Shown here one piece after another: positions 39,965 through 48,787 of a stretch of 64,000 nt of DNA. This stretch comes from Candidatus Latescibacterota bacterium. GTDB taxonomy: Bacteria > Latescibacterota > UBA2968 > UBA8231. A program made the position numbers and the translations under genes. The notes under the pieces are model-generated. The model saw nothing but the letters and a program-made list of their open reading frames with translations, ran no database searches and was not told the origin of the DNA. The stretch spans positions 1,664,001 through 1,728,000 of the forward strand of contig CBDCXV010000011.1 of the NCBI GenBank assembly GCA_965223905.1. Direction: 5' to 3'. The number at the start of each line of letters is the position of its first letter. Within the stretch, counting starts at the first letter, position 1.

Positions 39965-39998
39965 AAGGGGAGGGGAGCCATTCCCCTCCCCTTTTTCT
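39965..39998 (+). terminator. Rho-independent terminator
   Basis: Perfect 12-bp stem AAGGGGAGGGGA/TCCCCTCCCCTT, 5-nt loop, followed by a T-rich tract. Confidence 0.8.
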
Positions 39999-40021
39999 CT
40001 TGGTAGCTGCTTGGTGCAGAG

Positions 40022-42091
40022 ATGAACCGCCTCAGTCACCGCTGTCACATTGCGATGATCCCGTCGGCTTTGGTCTGCCTTCTTTTGTGGACCGCCCCTG
40101 CGGCGGCCGTCGACACCTTGCGCGTCGGCGTCGGCGGCGATGAGTGGGAAGATACCGGCAAGCTCGAGGGGGTCTCCACGGAGAACGGCGTCCTGCAATT
40201 GTCGCGAGTGGACCCTGCCAGGGATGCGCTGGCGGACCTCAGAAAGCGGGGTGGAGACATCTTCTCTCCACAGGATAAGCACGCCGGTCTCACAGGCCTG
40301 CTGGCCGATGATAGCCGCACAACCTTCTGGCAGCCCCCGCCGAGACGGACGGACTTTACCGGGTTCTCGCTGCGCATCGACCTGGGAGCGATTCTGCCGA
40401 TCGAGCGCATCCGCGTCTTCGGCCAGGAGGACAACTTCATCAGGGCGTGGGAACTGTTTCTCCACGACGGCGATCCAGAGCGGCTCCGCGACGACCTCCC
40501 GATAACCTTCGGGGATCCGGTGCTCTCGAAAACCGATCAGGATTCATCGGTCATCGATGTGACCTTCCCCCTGCAGTTCGTGAGGTTCATCAAGCTGGAA
40601 AACCGCGCCGAGAATATCTTCGCCGTCACCGAGATCGAAGTCTTCGGAGACGGCTTTGCGCCCACCGGTCAGTTCACCTCAGAGATCATCGATCTGAACG
40701 AACCGGCGAACTTCGGTGACCTGCTGGCGTCGGTGGTGCGGGATTCCCAGGCCGACGTCGTCCTGCAGACCCGCACCGGTTCGGTGCCCGATCCCCGCCT
40801 CTTCTACCGGAAGGTCGAGGATGTAGAGGCGGGGGGAATAACCGAGGAACCGATCGAACCGGTGGGGTACCCACAAGCCGCCCTGGAATTCGATGGACTC
40901 CACGCCAATGACCGGGGCGCACTCCAGGACAACCGGCGGGACTGGAGTCGTTGGACCGCCCCCTCCGGCGACCTGGTCGATGAATTCCGGGCTCCGGGCA
41001 ACAGGCAGTACGTTCAGTATCGGCTGCTGTTTACGTCGGGTCACGTTCGGCAGACAGCGCAGGTGGAGTCCTTCGGGATTGAATACTCCACTCCGTCGCT
41101 GGCCGGGGGAGGAGTGCTGGGAGAGATTGTCCCCGCCACCGTCGTTCTCGGGCAGGAGCACTCCTTCGACTACTACATCCGCTCGCAGTTCGCCATACCG
41201 ACGACCCTGCTCGAAGCCGAGGTCGGCACCCAAGGCGACGCGGCGAGGTTGCTGTGGAGGCGATTCTCCGGCAGGCGCTTCGACGGATATCGAGTCGAGA
41301 GGCGGGGTGCGGGTGACGAATTCGAGGCTATTTCGAGGCTCGAGGCGGTGAGCGATACATCCTTCGTCGACTCCGATCTGGAGACGGGGGTGTCGTACGA
41401 ATACCGGGTTCTGGTGGAACCGGCCGGCCGTCGCGGTCTGGACGCCGTGCGCATCCAGACCCCCTTCCCGGCATCCCTCGAATCCGTCGAGCTGAACGGA
41501 GAGACTCTGAGTGCAGATCGAATCGAGGAGATCGGACTCGACGATTCCACCAGCTTGACCCTGCAGCTTCTGGAAGACCGGATCGAGAACTCAGACCAGG
41601 TTTTGACAGTCCGCTTCCGCAGCCTCGTCACCATCTTCGGGACGTCATTCTCCGGCAGGGTCTTCGACCTGGCGGAGAGCGAACTGGGCCAGGACGTCAT
41701 CCCCGGCGACGTCACCGCGCTCTCCGAGGCCAACACACTTTCCATCCGCGGAAAGTTGGAGAAGACCTTGCTTCAGGATCTTCGGGTCGAGCCGGCCGTA
41801 TTTACCCCGAACGGAGATGGAATCAACGACGAGCTGGCAGTCACCTACGTCCTCATGAAAGCGTTGGACGCCGTACCCGTCGAATTGACTCTGTTCGATT
41901 TGAGCGGCCGGCGGGTACGCCGCTTGCGGGCAGGTCAGCGCCACGGGCCCGCGTCGACGGCGCTGAGTTCCTGGGACGGCCGCGATGACCGGCAGCGGCT
42001 CGTGCCTCCCGGACTCTACCTGCTGCAACTCTCGGTTGTGACGGATACGGTTTCGGAAAAACAGACGCAACTCGTGCACCTGGCCTATTGA
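40022..42091 (+). CDS. Secreted TPNGDG/FlgD-Ig-tail protein with an inserted FN3-like domain
   Basis: Signal peptide; RIDLG, EIEVFGDGF...SEIIDL..PANFG, QTRTG, WSRWT, RQYVQY, GEIVP, FTPNGDGIND, WDGRD...VPPGLY; ends HLAY. Confidence 0.82.
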   Translation: MNRLSHRCHIAMIPSALVCLLLWTAPAAAVDTLRVGVGGDEWEDTGKLEGVSTENGVLQLSRVDPARDALADLRKRGGDIFSPQDKHAGLTGLLADDSRTTFWQPPPRRTDFTGFSLRIDLGAILPIERIRVFGQEDNFIRAWELFLHDGDPERLRDDLPITFGDPVLSKTDQDSSVIDVTFPLQFVRFIKLENRAENIFAVTEIEVFGDGFAPTGQFTSEIIDLNEPANFGDLLASVVRDSQADVVLQTRTGSVPDPRLFYRKVEDVEAGGITEEPIEPVGYPQAALEFDGLHANDRGALQDNRRDWSRWTAPSGDLVDEFRAPGNRQYVQYRLLFTSGHVRQTAQVESFGIEYSTPSLAGGGVLGEIVPATVVLGQEHSFDYYIRSQFAIPTTLLEAEVGTQGDAARLLWRRFSGRRFDGYRVERRGAGDEFEAISRLEAVSDTSFVDSDLETGVSYEYRVLVEPAGRRGLDAVRIQTPFPASLESVELNGETLSADRIEEIGLDDSTSLTLQLLEDRIENSDQVLTVRFRSLVTIFGTSFSGRVFDLAESELGQDVIPGDVTALSEANTLSIRGKLEKTLLQDLRVEPAVFTPNGDGINDELAVTYVLMKALDAVPVELTLFDLSGRRVRRLRAGQRHGPASTALSSWDGRDDRQRLVPPGLYLLQLSVVTDTVSEKQTQLVHLAY

Positions 42092-43884
42092 TGATGAGAA
42101 TCCCGCTTCTGATTCTGCTGGTTGCCTCGGCGACCTTCCCGGTCGCTGTTCCGGCAAGAGTCGAAACCCTCAAATTCGGCGGGCCCGGGCGCAATTGGTC
42201 CGATCACGATCTCGTCATCCGCGGCTTGTTGACATCGGGCAATCGCCTGTCTCCCGTGGAGGTGGACAGCACCGATAACCTCTTGCCCGGCACCGGCGGA
42301 ACCGCCGTGACCTCGGTGACCGCGGCGGTGGACTCGAGATCCATCATGGCCGATCTCACCGACGGCGACTACGCAACCGGATGGCGGGTGTACGTCCACC
42401 CCAGGGGCGCAGAGCTCGAAATCGACCTGAGGGGAGTCTACTATCTGCAGCGCCTACGCCTGCTGCGCGGCACCGACCCGAACGAAAGCGAGACCTACAG
42501 GGATCTGGGCACCTTGTCCCTGCGGGGCTACGAACTGTACGTCAGCGACGGCGGGAGTTTTCGAGGTCCGGACCCTGTGTACTCCCTGCTCGCCGCCGAC
42601 CCCAATCACTCGGAAATAGAGCTGGATCTGCGGTTTCCCCTGCGGCGAATCCGGTTCCTCAAGTTCCGCAGCGTCGGGGATCACACCTTCGTCATGGGCG
42701 ACATGGAGATCTACGGCGTCGGCGTGACGCGTTCCGGCCGCTATGTGAGCGAAGTCATCGATCTGGGAGAAGCGGCCAATTTCGGACCGATCCAGGTCCA
42801 TTCCCGCATCGATCCCGCCGCCGGCCTGCGGCTGCGCACCAAGTCCGGAACCGCACTCGACGACTCCCTCTTCTTCCTGCCCACCGGTATTGCCGGGCAG
42901 GTGAAGGAAATCACCAGGGAGGAGGTACCGAAGAGTCAGCTGCGCTCGTTCCGCAGCTTCAGTGTAGTAAACACCCGGGATTGGAGCCGGTGGAGTCCCC
43001 CGTACACGGAGCTGCAGGGGCCGTTCGACTCGCCGGAGGCGAGGCGCTATGTGCAGTTCGATCTCAACTTCAGGTCGAGCGGGGTTCGCGACCGGGCCAT
43101 CGTCGACTCATTGGTTTTTCAGTACTCGATCCCGGTGCTCGCAGATTCCATTGTCGGCGAAATCTCGCCTGCGGAGGCCGTCCTCGGCGACACCACCGCT
43201 TTTACCTACCACCTGCGGCCGGTGCTTTCCTCTCGTCAACCTGGCTTCGATACCGTCTTCATCACAACCCCTTTCGAGGCCATCGCGACGGCGGTGCGCA
43301 TAGACGATGCCCAGGTCGAATTCGATTCTGCCTGGATTGCCACCTCGAACCAGCTCGCCGTCGTGTTAAAGGACGACCGGGTGGATGCCTCGGGCCAGGG
43401 GGTGGAAGTGGACTTCCTGTCACTGCTCACCGTGGCTGGCACCGAGTTTCGAGGCGAGGTGGGCGACAGCCGATCCGATTCGTTTCCGCAGCGCGTTATC
43501 GCCGGCGACGCCAGTGAAGCCGTGGACGGCGATGCCCTCGCAGTGAGGGCGGACGCCGAGGAGCCCCTCATCGCTCGTGTTCATCTTTCCTCTCCGGTTC
43601 TGACTCCGAACGGGGATGGGACGAACGATACAGTTAGCCTGCAGTACATTCTGCTGAAGGCGACGAGGAGCGTCAGGGCGAGAGCCACGGCGCACGATCT
43701 GGCGGGACAGCGAATCCGCCAGATATACGATGACCGGGATCTGTCCGGACCCAATACGTTGACATGGGACGGAAAGGACGACGCAGGGCGGCTCGCAGTT
43801 CCGGGTTTGTACCTGCTCCGGGTTGAAATCGAGACCGACGAAGGCGACATGAGATTCGTCCGCCTGGTCGCCGTGGCCTATTGA
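42091..43884 (+). CDS. Secreted TPNGDG/FlgD-Ig-tail protein (paralog)
   Basis: Signal peptide; DGDYATGW, EIDLRG, SEVIDLGEAANFG, WSRWSPPY, RRYVQF, GEISP, LTPNGDGTND, WDGKD...PGLY; ends AVAY. Confidence 0.82.
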   Translation: MMRIPLLILLVASATFPVAVPARVETLKFGGPGRNWSDHDLVIRGLLTSGNRLSPVEVDSTDNLLPGTGGTAVTSVTAAVDSRSIMADLTDGDYATGWRVYVHPRGAELEIDLRGVYYLQRLRLLRGTDPNESETYRDLGTLSLRGYELYVSDGGSFRGPDPVYSLLAADPNHSEIELDLRFPLRRIRFLKFRSVGDHTFVMGDMEIYGVGVTRSGRYVSEVIDLGEAANFGPIQVHSRIDPAAGLRLRTKSGTALDDSLFFLPTGIAGQVKEITREEVPKSQLRSFRSFSVVNTRDWSRWSPPYTELQGPFDSPEARRYVQFDLNFRSSGVRDRAIVDSLVFQYSIPVLADSIVGEISPAEAVLGDTTAFTYHLRPVLSSRQPGFDTVFITTPFEAIATAVRIDDAQVEFDSAWIATSNQLAVVLKDDRVDASGQGVEVDFLSLLTVAGTEFRGEVGDSRSDSFPQRVIAGDASEAVDGDALAVRADAEEPLIARVHLSSPVLTPNGDGTNDTVSLQYILLKATRSVRARATAHDLAGQRIRQIYDDRDLSGPNTLTWDGKDDAGRLAVPGLYLLRVEIETDEGDMRFVRLVAVAY

Positions 43885-43898
43885 GAAAGAGAAAAGTC

Positions 43899-46514
43899 AT
43901 GCGCCACCTGACGATATGCGGATCCGTTTTGATCTTGATCACCTGCACGACCTCCGACCTGCTGGCGGCGACGCCGGGAAGGGAAAGGGGAGCCACTTCG
44001 CAGGTGCGGATCGAGGGATTCGACCCGCTCATTCCCACGCTGCGAAAATGGTACGTGCCCCAGGATCTCTTCTACTATTACCAGTGGGGCGGCTACAAAT
44101 ACACGAACTACGCCCGCAACACCTTCGAGCGTTACGTCAGTACCGAGCTTGAGGGCAGGGGAAAGTACGACATCTTCGGAAACTGGCTCACCCGCGGTTG
44201 GCAGATCTACGAATGGCGCCAGCAGCAGCCGCGCTCCTTTGGCAGCACGGTGCTCAAGGAAGCCCGGTACAACAACTGGTTCAGCAAGGTCATAGTGGCC
44301 TCGGATTCGAAGGGCCAGTACCATTCGGCCCTCACCATCGGAGACGAGATCCGCACCACCCTCACGCCACTGACCTTCAGTCGTGCCCGGTTCAACGGTG
44401 TCCAGTGGGATATCGCTTCCGACAAGTACAATTCGACGCTCTTGCTCTCGCGCGTCAGCCGGCCGATTCTCGCCGCGAGTGAAACCAGGCTCGACCCGCG
44501 CCAGGATTACACCAACCTGATCGGACTGCGGAGCACGGCCCAACTCGGGGACTTCGTCGAGCTCGGCGTCGCCTTCGTCAACACCCACTTCGGCTCCAGC
44601 CGCAGCGAATTCGCCGAGACATCGCTGGCCGGATTGCTGCCCGCCAAGCTGAACTCCGGCAACGTGACCGAAGTCATCATCCGTATTACCGACGATTCGC
44701 CCGGAGACGGTTCCGGTGCGCTGTATTTCTTCTCCGAGATGATCGTCGATGGGGAACCATCTGCAGTGGAACCGTTCGTCTCGGGGGGCCGCCTCAGGCG
44801 GGGCTTCCTGGAAGCCGTTGCGGAAGCCCCGATCGAGCTGAGGTTCCCGGTACCCGAGCCCCTGGGCGTCGAGAAAGTCCGCTTCGACCTCGTGCTGTCC
44901 AACGACTACCGGGTCGACGTCACCTCCAATCTGCAGGTAAACGCGGCGCTCCAGCCCATTTTTCTGCCGGTTACCCGTGCCAACGGCAACGTGCAGGACA
45001 ACACCAACCAGCGTCTGGTGAGCTTCCACTACGCTATACCGTCGGCCAACCAGATCGGCAGCCTGACCCTCGAGGTCGATGACGTGCTCGGGTTCCAGGT
45101 GCGCGGCGAATTCGCCAGAAACACCCAGTACTATCGATATCCGAACATCAATTTTGCCAAGTTGAGCGATCTGCATAAGAGCGACCGTACCGCGGACGCC
45201 TTCTTCCTCAACGTCACCAAGCGCAGCGGTCGATTTTTCGGGTACGGGGAAGCGTTTGGCATGGACCACGACTATTCGACCCGCGGGTATATCACGAACG
45301 CCTTGAATAACTTCGTCGACTACGAGGACTCCCGCAGGAATTGGTACGAGTACGTCGATGACAACGACGACCAGGATCGCGAAGTGGACTGGGCTCGAGC
45401 CGGTGGCGGCACAGCCGACATCAGCATCTTCCCAGGTCTCGACGAAAACAACGACCTGATTTCCGACTTCAACGAGAATCAGAATCTCACACCGGATTAC
45501 GACGAGCCGTTTCTGCGACACTATGTGGATCCACCAGAGTTCCTCTTCGGCGTGGACATGAACAACAACACGGTGGTAGATCGGTTTGAAAACGACGAGG
45601 AGCCGGACTACCCCTACAAGAAGGGCCACCAGGGCTACAACCTGTACGGAGGGGGGGAGATCTACCCCGGCCTCAACGTTACGATCGGCCGCTCTCGCGA
45701 ATGGCTCCCCGCAGGCAACGAGCGCAGCGAGATGTGGTACTCCCTCCTCACCCTGTCCCGGGATCACCCGCGCCTGGGTCGGGTCGAGCTGTTTCACATG
45801 CTCAAGTTTGTGACCGATGACATCGCGGATCCCGTGGTGCTGTGGATCCAGAGGCCCGGCTCGTCCGGAGGTCTCAGGCCCAAAAGCGATCCTTTGATCG
45901 CCGGGGACACCGTCGTAAATGAAGGCTTTGCAGGCCACACCTACGTGGCGGGCAACCTGACGGTGAGGAACAAGCTGCGCATCGATCACTTCCGTCAGCG
46001 GGGCGACGCCGCGGAGAAACTCGGCAACAGCCTTTTTCTCGGTCTGATCAACAAGGCGGATCGACCTTTCGAAGTCGGCGACGGCATCATCGTGACCCCG
46101 AGATGGAAGAGCATGTGGCGGCGGCGGACCCAGGGCCGGGAGTCGGATCTCGACAACAACTTCAGCCAGATCTTGTCGCTGAGCGGCATGTTCCCCTTGC
46201 TCAGCCACAGCAGCATCGAAGTGGGCGTGGAAGGTGTCCTCTTCTGGAACTCCGAACCGATCCCCGACCCCCTGCCGCCGGAGTATACCGACGACTTTGT
46301 CGGCAAGGTCTTCACCGCTCAGCATTCCAACCGCGTCGAGTACCTGGGATACGATATCATCGCCAACGTCGGGTTCCAGGTGAACGACATCAATTTCGAT
46401 ACTCTCACGGAACTCGATGTGAGCAATACCATCGCCTTCGTACAGGTCTTTGCGGGGCTCGAACAGGAGCGGCAGGGCGGCAGGCCAACCCAGCGCCGGG
46501 GGTATCTCTACTGA
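43899..46514 (+). CDS. Large secreted/outer-membrane protein with acidic Dx[DN]x[DN] loops, function unknown
   Basis: Signal peptide; aromatic-rich; YVDDNDDQDR, GLDENNDLISDFNENQN..PDYDEPF and GVDMNNNTVVDRFEND. C-terminal third looks like amphipathic beta-strands. Alternative TTG start at 43881. Confidence 0.75.
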   Translation: MRHLTICGSVLILITCTTSDLLAATPGRERGATSQVRIEGFDPLIPTLRKWYVPQDLFYYYQWGGYKYTNYARNTFERYVSTELEGRGKYDIFGNWLTRGWQIYEWRQQQPRSFGSTVLKEARYNNWFSKVIVASDSKGQYHSALTIGDEIRTTLTPLTFSRARFNGVQWDIASDKYNSTLLLSRVSRPILAASETRLDPRQDYTNLIGLRSTAQLGDFVELGVAFVNTHFGSSRSEFAETSLAGLLPAKLNSGNVTEVIIRITDDSPGDGSGALYFFSEMIVDGEPSAVEPFVSGGRLRRGFLEAVAEAPIELRFPVPEPLGVEKVRFDLVLSNDYRVDVTSNLQVNAALQPIFLPVTRANGNVQDNTNQRLVSFHYAIPSANQIGSLTLEVDDVLGFQVRGEFARNTQYYRYPNINFAKLSDLHKSDRTADAFFLNVTKRSGRFFGYGEAFGMDHDYSTRGYITNALNNFVDYEDSRRNWYEYVDDNDDQDREVDWARAGGGTADISIFPGLDENNDLISDFNENQNLTPDYDEPFLRHYVDPPEFLFGVDMNNNTVVDRFENDEEPDYPYKKGHQGYNLYGGGEIYPGLNVTIGRSREWLPAGNERSEMWYSLLTLSRDHPRLGRVELFHMLKFVTDDIADPVVLWIQRPGSSGGLRPKSDPLIAGDTVVNEGFAGHTYVAGNLTVRNKLRIDHFRQRGDAAEKLGNSLFLGLINKADRPFEVGDGIIVTPRWKSMWRRRTQGRESDLDNNFSQILSLSGMFPLLSHSSIEVGVEGVLFWNSEPIPDPLPPEYTDDFVGKVFTAQHSNRVEYLGYDIIANVGFQVNDINFDTLTELDVSNTIAFVQVFAGLEQERQGGRPTQRRGYLY

Positions 46515-47938
46515 ACGACTCCCGTCCCCAAAGAGGAATTACCCGCGAGCGGCTCCTCGGGCCGCTCGTAGCAGCCGCTGCGGCGCTGCTGTCAGCGGGG
46601 TGTGGCGGGAACACGGCTGATCAGCCACAGCGACCGCTCCCGCTCGCCCGCGTCGACACGGTCGAGATCACCGATGCGGACTTCGAGACGGCCCTGAAGA
46701 AGATGGAAGGGATGGACTCCTCGGCCTGGACCCTCCAGAAATGGCGAGCCCGGTTTCAGCTTCTCGTCGACAGGCAGCTATTGCTCCTGGAGGCCCGCAG
46801 GCGGAACCTGTACGACGACCCGGAGGTAGTGAGGGAGGTCGAGGCGTGGGAAACCTCCCGCCTGACCGACCTCCTCATCGAACTGGAGATGGGCGCCTCG
46901 CTTCAGTGGGGGGAAGAGGAGCTCGGGGAATTCTTTTCGCAATCCGGTGCGGGCCGCGAATTGCGCATTGGCCGCCTGATCTTCACAGACCGCACGGAGG
47001 CCGCCCTGGCCCTCGACCGGGCGCGCAACGGGATGAGCTACGCACAGCTCCACAGTCTCCATTCCACCCCCTCCGGGCACCCCGGTGCAGGGGGCGGCGA
47101 CCTGCGCTGGCTCAATCCGCTCACTGTGAGGGAACCGCGTCTTCTCTCCCTTTTTCAGCATGAGGTCGGAGCGGCCGAACTCATCGAGATCGAGGGGCGC
47201 TACCACCTGGTTGTCGCCCTCGAAGAGCGCACCGTGCCGCTGCAGGAGCGCCGCGGCCTCGCCGAACTTGCTATCGAACGGCAGAGACTCTTCGAAGCAA
47301 ACCTCGCGTACCTCGAATCGCTCATGAGAAAATACGAGGTGGTGCTCGACAGCTCGACTTTCGATCTGTTGCTGGCGGCGGGCGCACCCTCAGACGTGGA
47401 TCCCGGTTTGCCGCTGGTCCGCAGCACCCTCAGCGAGTGGACGGTCGGCGACTACCTCCGGCACCCGGCTGAGGAATTGGGGGTTTCCGACGCTGCGACC
47501 ACACTCGATTTGCGCATCCGACGCACCTACTTCCTGGATCGCCTCCTCGACAGGGAGGCCCGGGAAAAGGGCCTGCACACCCTCCTGGCGGAGCAGCGGC
47601 GAGCCGTGAGGGAACAGAAGGCGATCGACGCCATGTGGACCCGTGATGGTCTCAGCCAGGTTCCGGTGACGAGAGCGGAAATACAGGATCACTTCGAGCG
47701 CAACCGGGATCGTTACGCCGGGGAGCTGTTCGACCCCAGGGGACCGGCGCGGGTGCGGTCGAGGGTGATTCGCGACCTCAAGGAACAGCGAGCCGCCCCT
47801 CTGTTCGAGACCTACCTCGAGGACTTGCGAGCCAGGCACGAGCAGCTCGTGACAGTGGACGAGGACCGTTTTCACGCTTTCGTAGCGCGCAAGAGAAGAG
47901 AGAGCGACCCCGTCGGGCACGGCGGCGTCGATCGCTGA
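46511..47938 (+). CDS. SurA/PrsA-like chaperone lipoprotein (degenerate parvulin domain); start uncertain
   Basis: Lipobox SAGC; LARVDTVEIT, LVDRQLLLLEARRR, GGGDLRWL and EIQDHFERNRDRY. No ATG/GTG/TTG between the upstream stop and the signal peptide; an in-frame CTG overlaps that stop (CTGA). Confidence 0.75.
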   Translation: MNDSRPQRGITRERLLGPLVAAAAALLSAGCGGNTADQPQRPLPLARVDTVEITDADFETALKKMEGMDSSAWTLQKWRARFQLLVDRQLLLLEARRRNLYDDPEVVREVEAWETSRLTDLLIELEMGASLQWGEEELGEFFSQSGAGRELRIGRLIFTDRTEAALALDRARNGMSYAQLHSLHSTPSGHPGAGGGDLRWLNPLTVREPRLLSLFQHEVGAAELIEIEGRYHLVVALEERTVPLQERRGLAELAIERQRLFEANLAYLESLMRKYEVVLDSSTFDLLLAAGAPSDVDPGLPLVRSTLSEWTVGDYLRHPAEELGVSDAATTLDLRIRRTYFLDRLLDREAREKGLHTLLAEQRRAVREQKAIDAMWTRDGLSQVPVTRAEIQDHFERNRDRYAGELFDPRGPARVRSRVIRDLKEQRAAPLFETYLEDLRARHEQLVTVDEDRFHAFVARKRRESDPVGHGGVDR

Positions 47939-47962
47939 CGGCGGCGCTGCAGGAGAACGACC

Positions 47963-48739
47963 ATGGCTACGCGGATACATCAAAACCTGTTTCTCACGGC
48001 TCAGGCTGCCCTTCTGCTTGTATTTGGTTGCGGCTACCACTTGGTGCCAGGCCACTTCAAGCCTTTCGACGCCGAGATGCAGCCGGAGCCCGGAGCCGCG
48101 GCTGTGATCGAAGTCCACGACGACGGCACCGCCGCCTACATCCGCAACCGGCTCGAGATATCAGTCCGGCCAATGACCGACGAAGAGCTCAATCGCCAGT
48201 TCGGATCGTTCTCCAAAGATGGCGGCGGACCGGGGGGCGAGCTGCCGACGAACCCCATGACCCTGGGCGACTGGGAGGACCCGCGCTCCGGTCATCCTCC
48301 GCAGCGCTTCTCCATCTTCAAGGTCAGCGTCAAGAACTACGAATATCCCAAGGTGAAGCTCGATCCCCTGCTGGCGACCGTCGTATCCGACAACGGCCGC
48401 ACCTATCATCCGTGGGGAGATTTCGACATGGTGGAGTATTTCCGTCGCTTCGCAATCGGGTATACTGGCCTGGCCTATCAGCGCTTCATCGAACGCCAGG
48501 ATATGATAACCCGTACATCCTACCCCGCCGACGAATTCGTTTTTTCAGGCCAGACCGTCGAGGGCTTTCTCCTTTTCCCTCGCATACATGACGACGTCAG
48601 GGCAATAACCTTCCGTCTCCCCGGCGTGGGCACGAGGTACGACTTCCGCGACGAGCCCCTCGAATCCCTCGATCTCCGTTTTCGTTTCGAGCGCGACGTG
48701 CGCAAGGTGAAATCCCGCGAGCTGGTTTCACGGAAATAG
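47963..48739 (+). CDS. Hypothetical lipoprotein
   Basis: AGGAG RBS; lipobox VFGC; RPMTDEELNRQF, NPMTLGDW, FKVSVKNYEYPKV and VFSGQTVEGFLLFP. Confidence 0.8.
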   Translation: MATRIHQNLFLTAQAALLLVFGCGYHLVPGHFKPFDAEMQPEPGAAAVIEVHDDGTAAYIRNRLEISVRPMTDEELNRQFGSFSKDGGGPGGELPTNPMTLGDWEDPRSGHPPQRFSIFKVSVKNYEYPKVKLDPLLATVVSDNGRTYHPWGDFDMVEYFRRFAIGYTGLAYQRFIERQDMITRTSYPADEFVFSGQTVEGFLLFPRIHDDVRAITFRLPGVGTRYDFRDEPLESLDLRFRFERDVRKVKSRELVSRK

Positions 48740-48787
48740 CTCTCTCTTCTTCTCTCCACCGCAGCGCCATTACCGGGGCACTCATCC

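Noticed and set aside
43878-46325. 815-aa minus-strand ORF
   Set aside because: Shadow of the 43899..46514 gene, which has a signal peptide and operon context.
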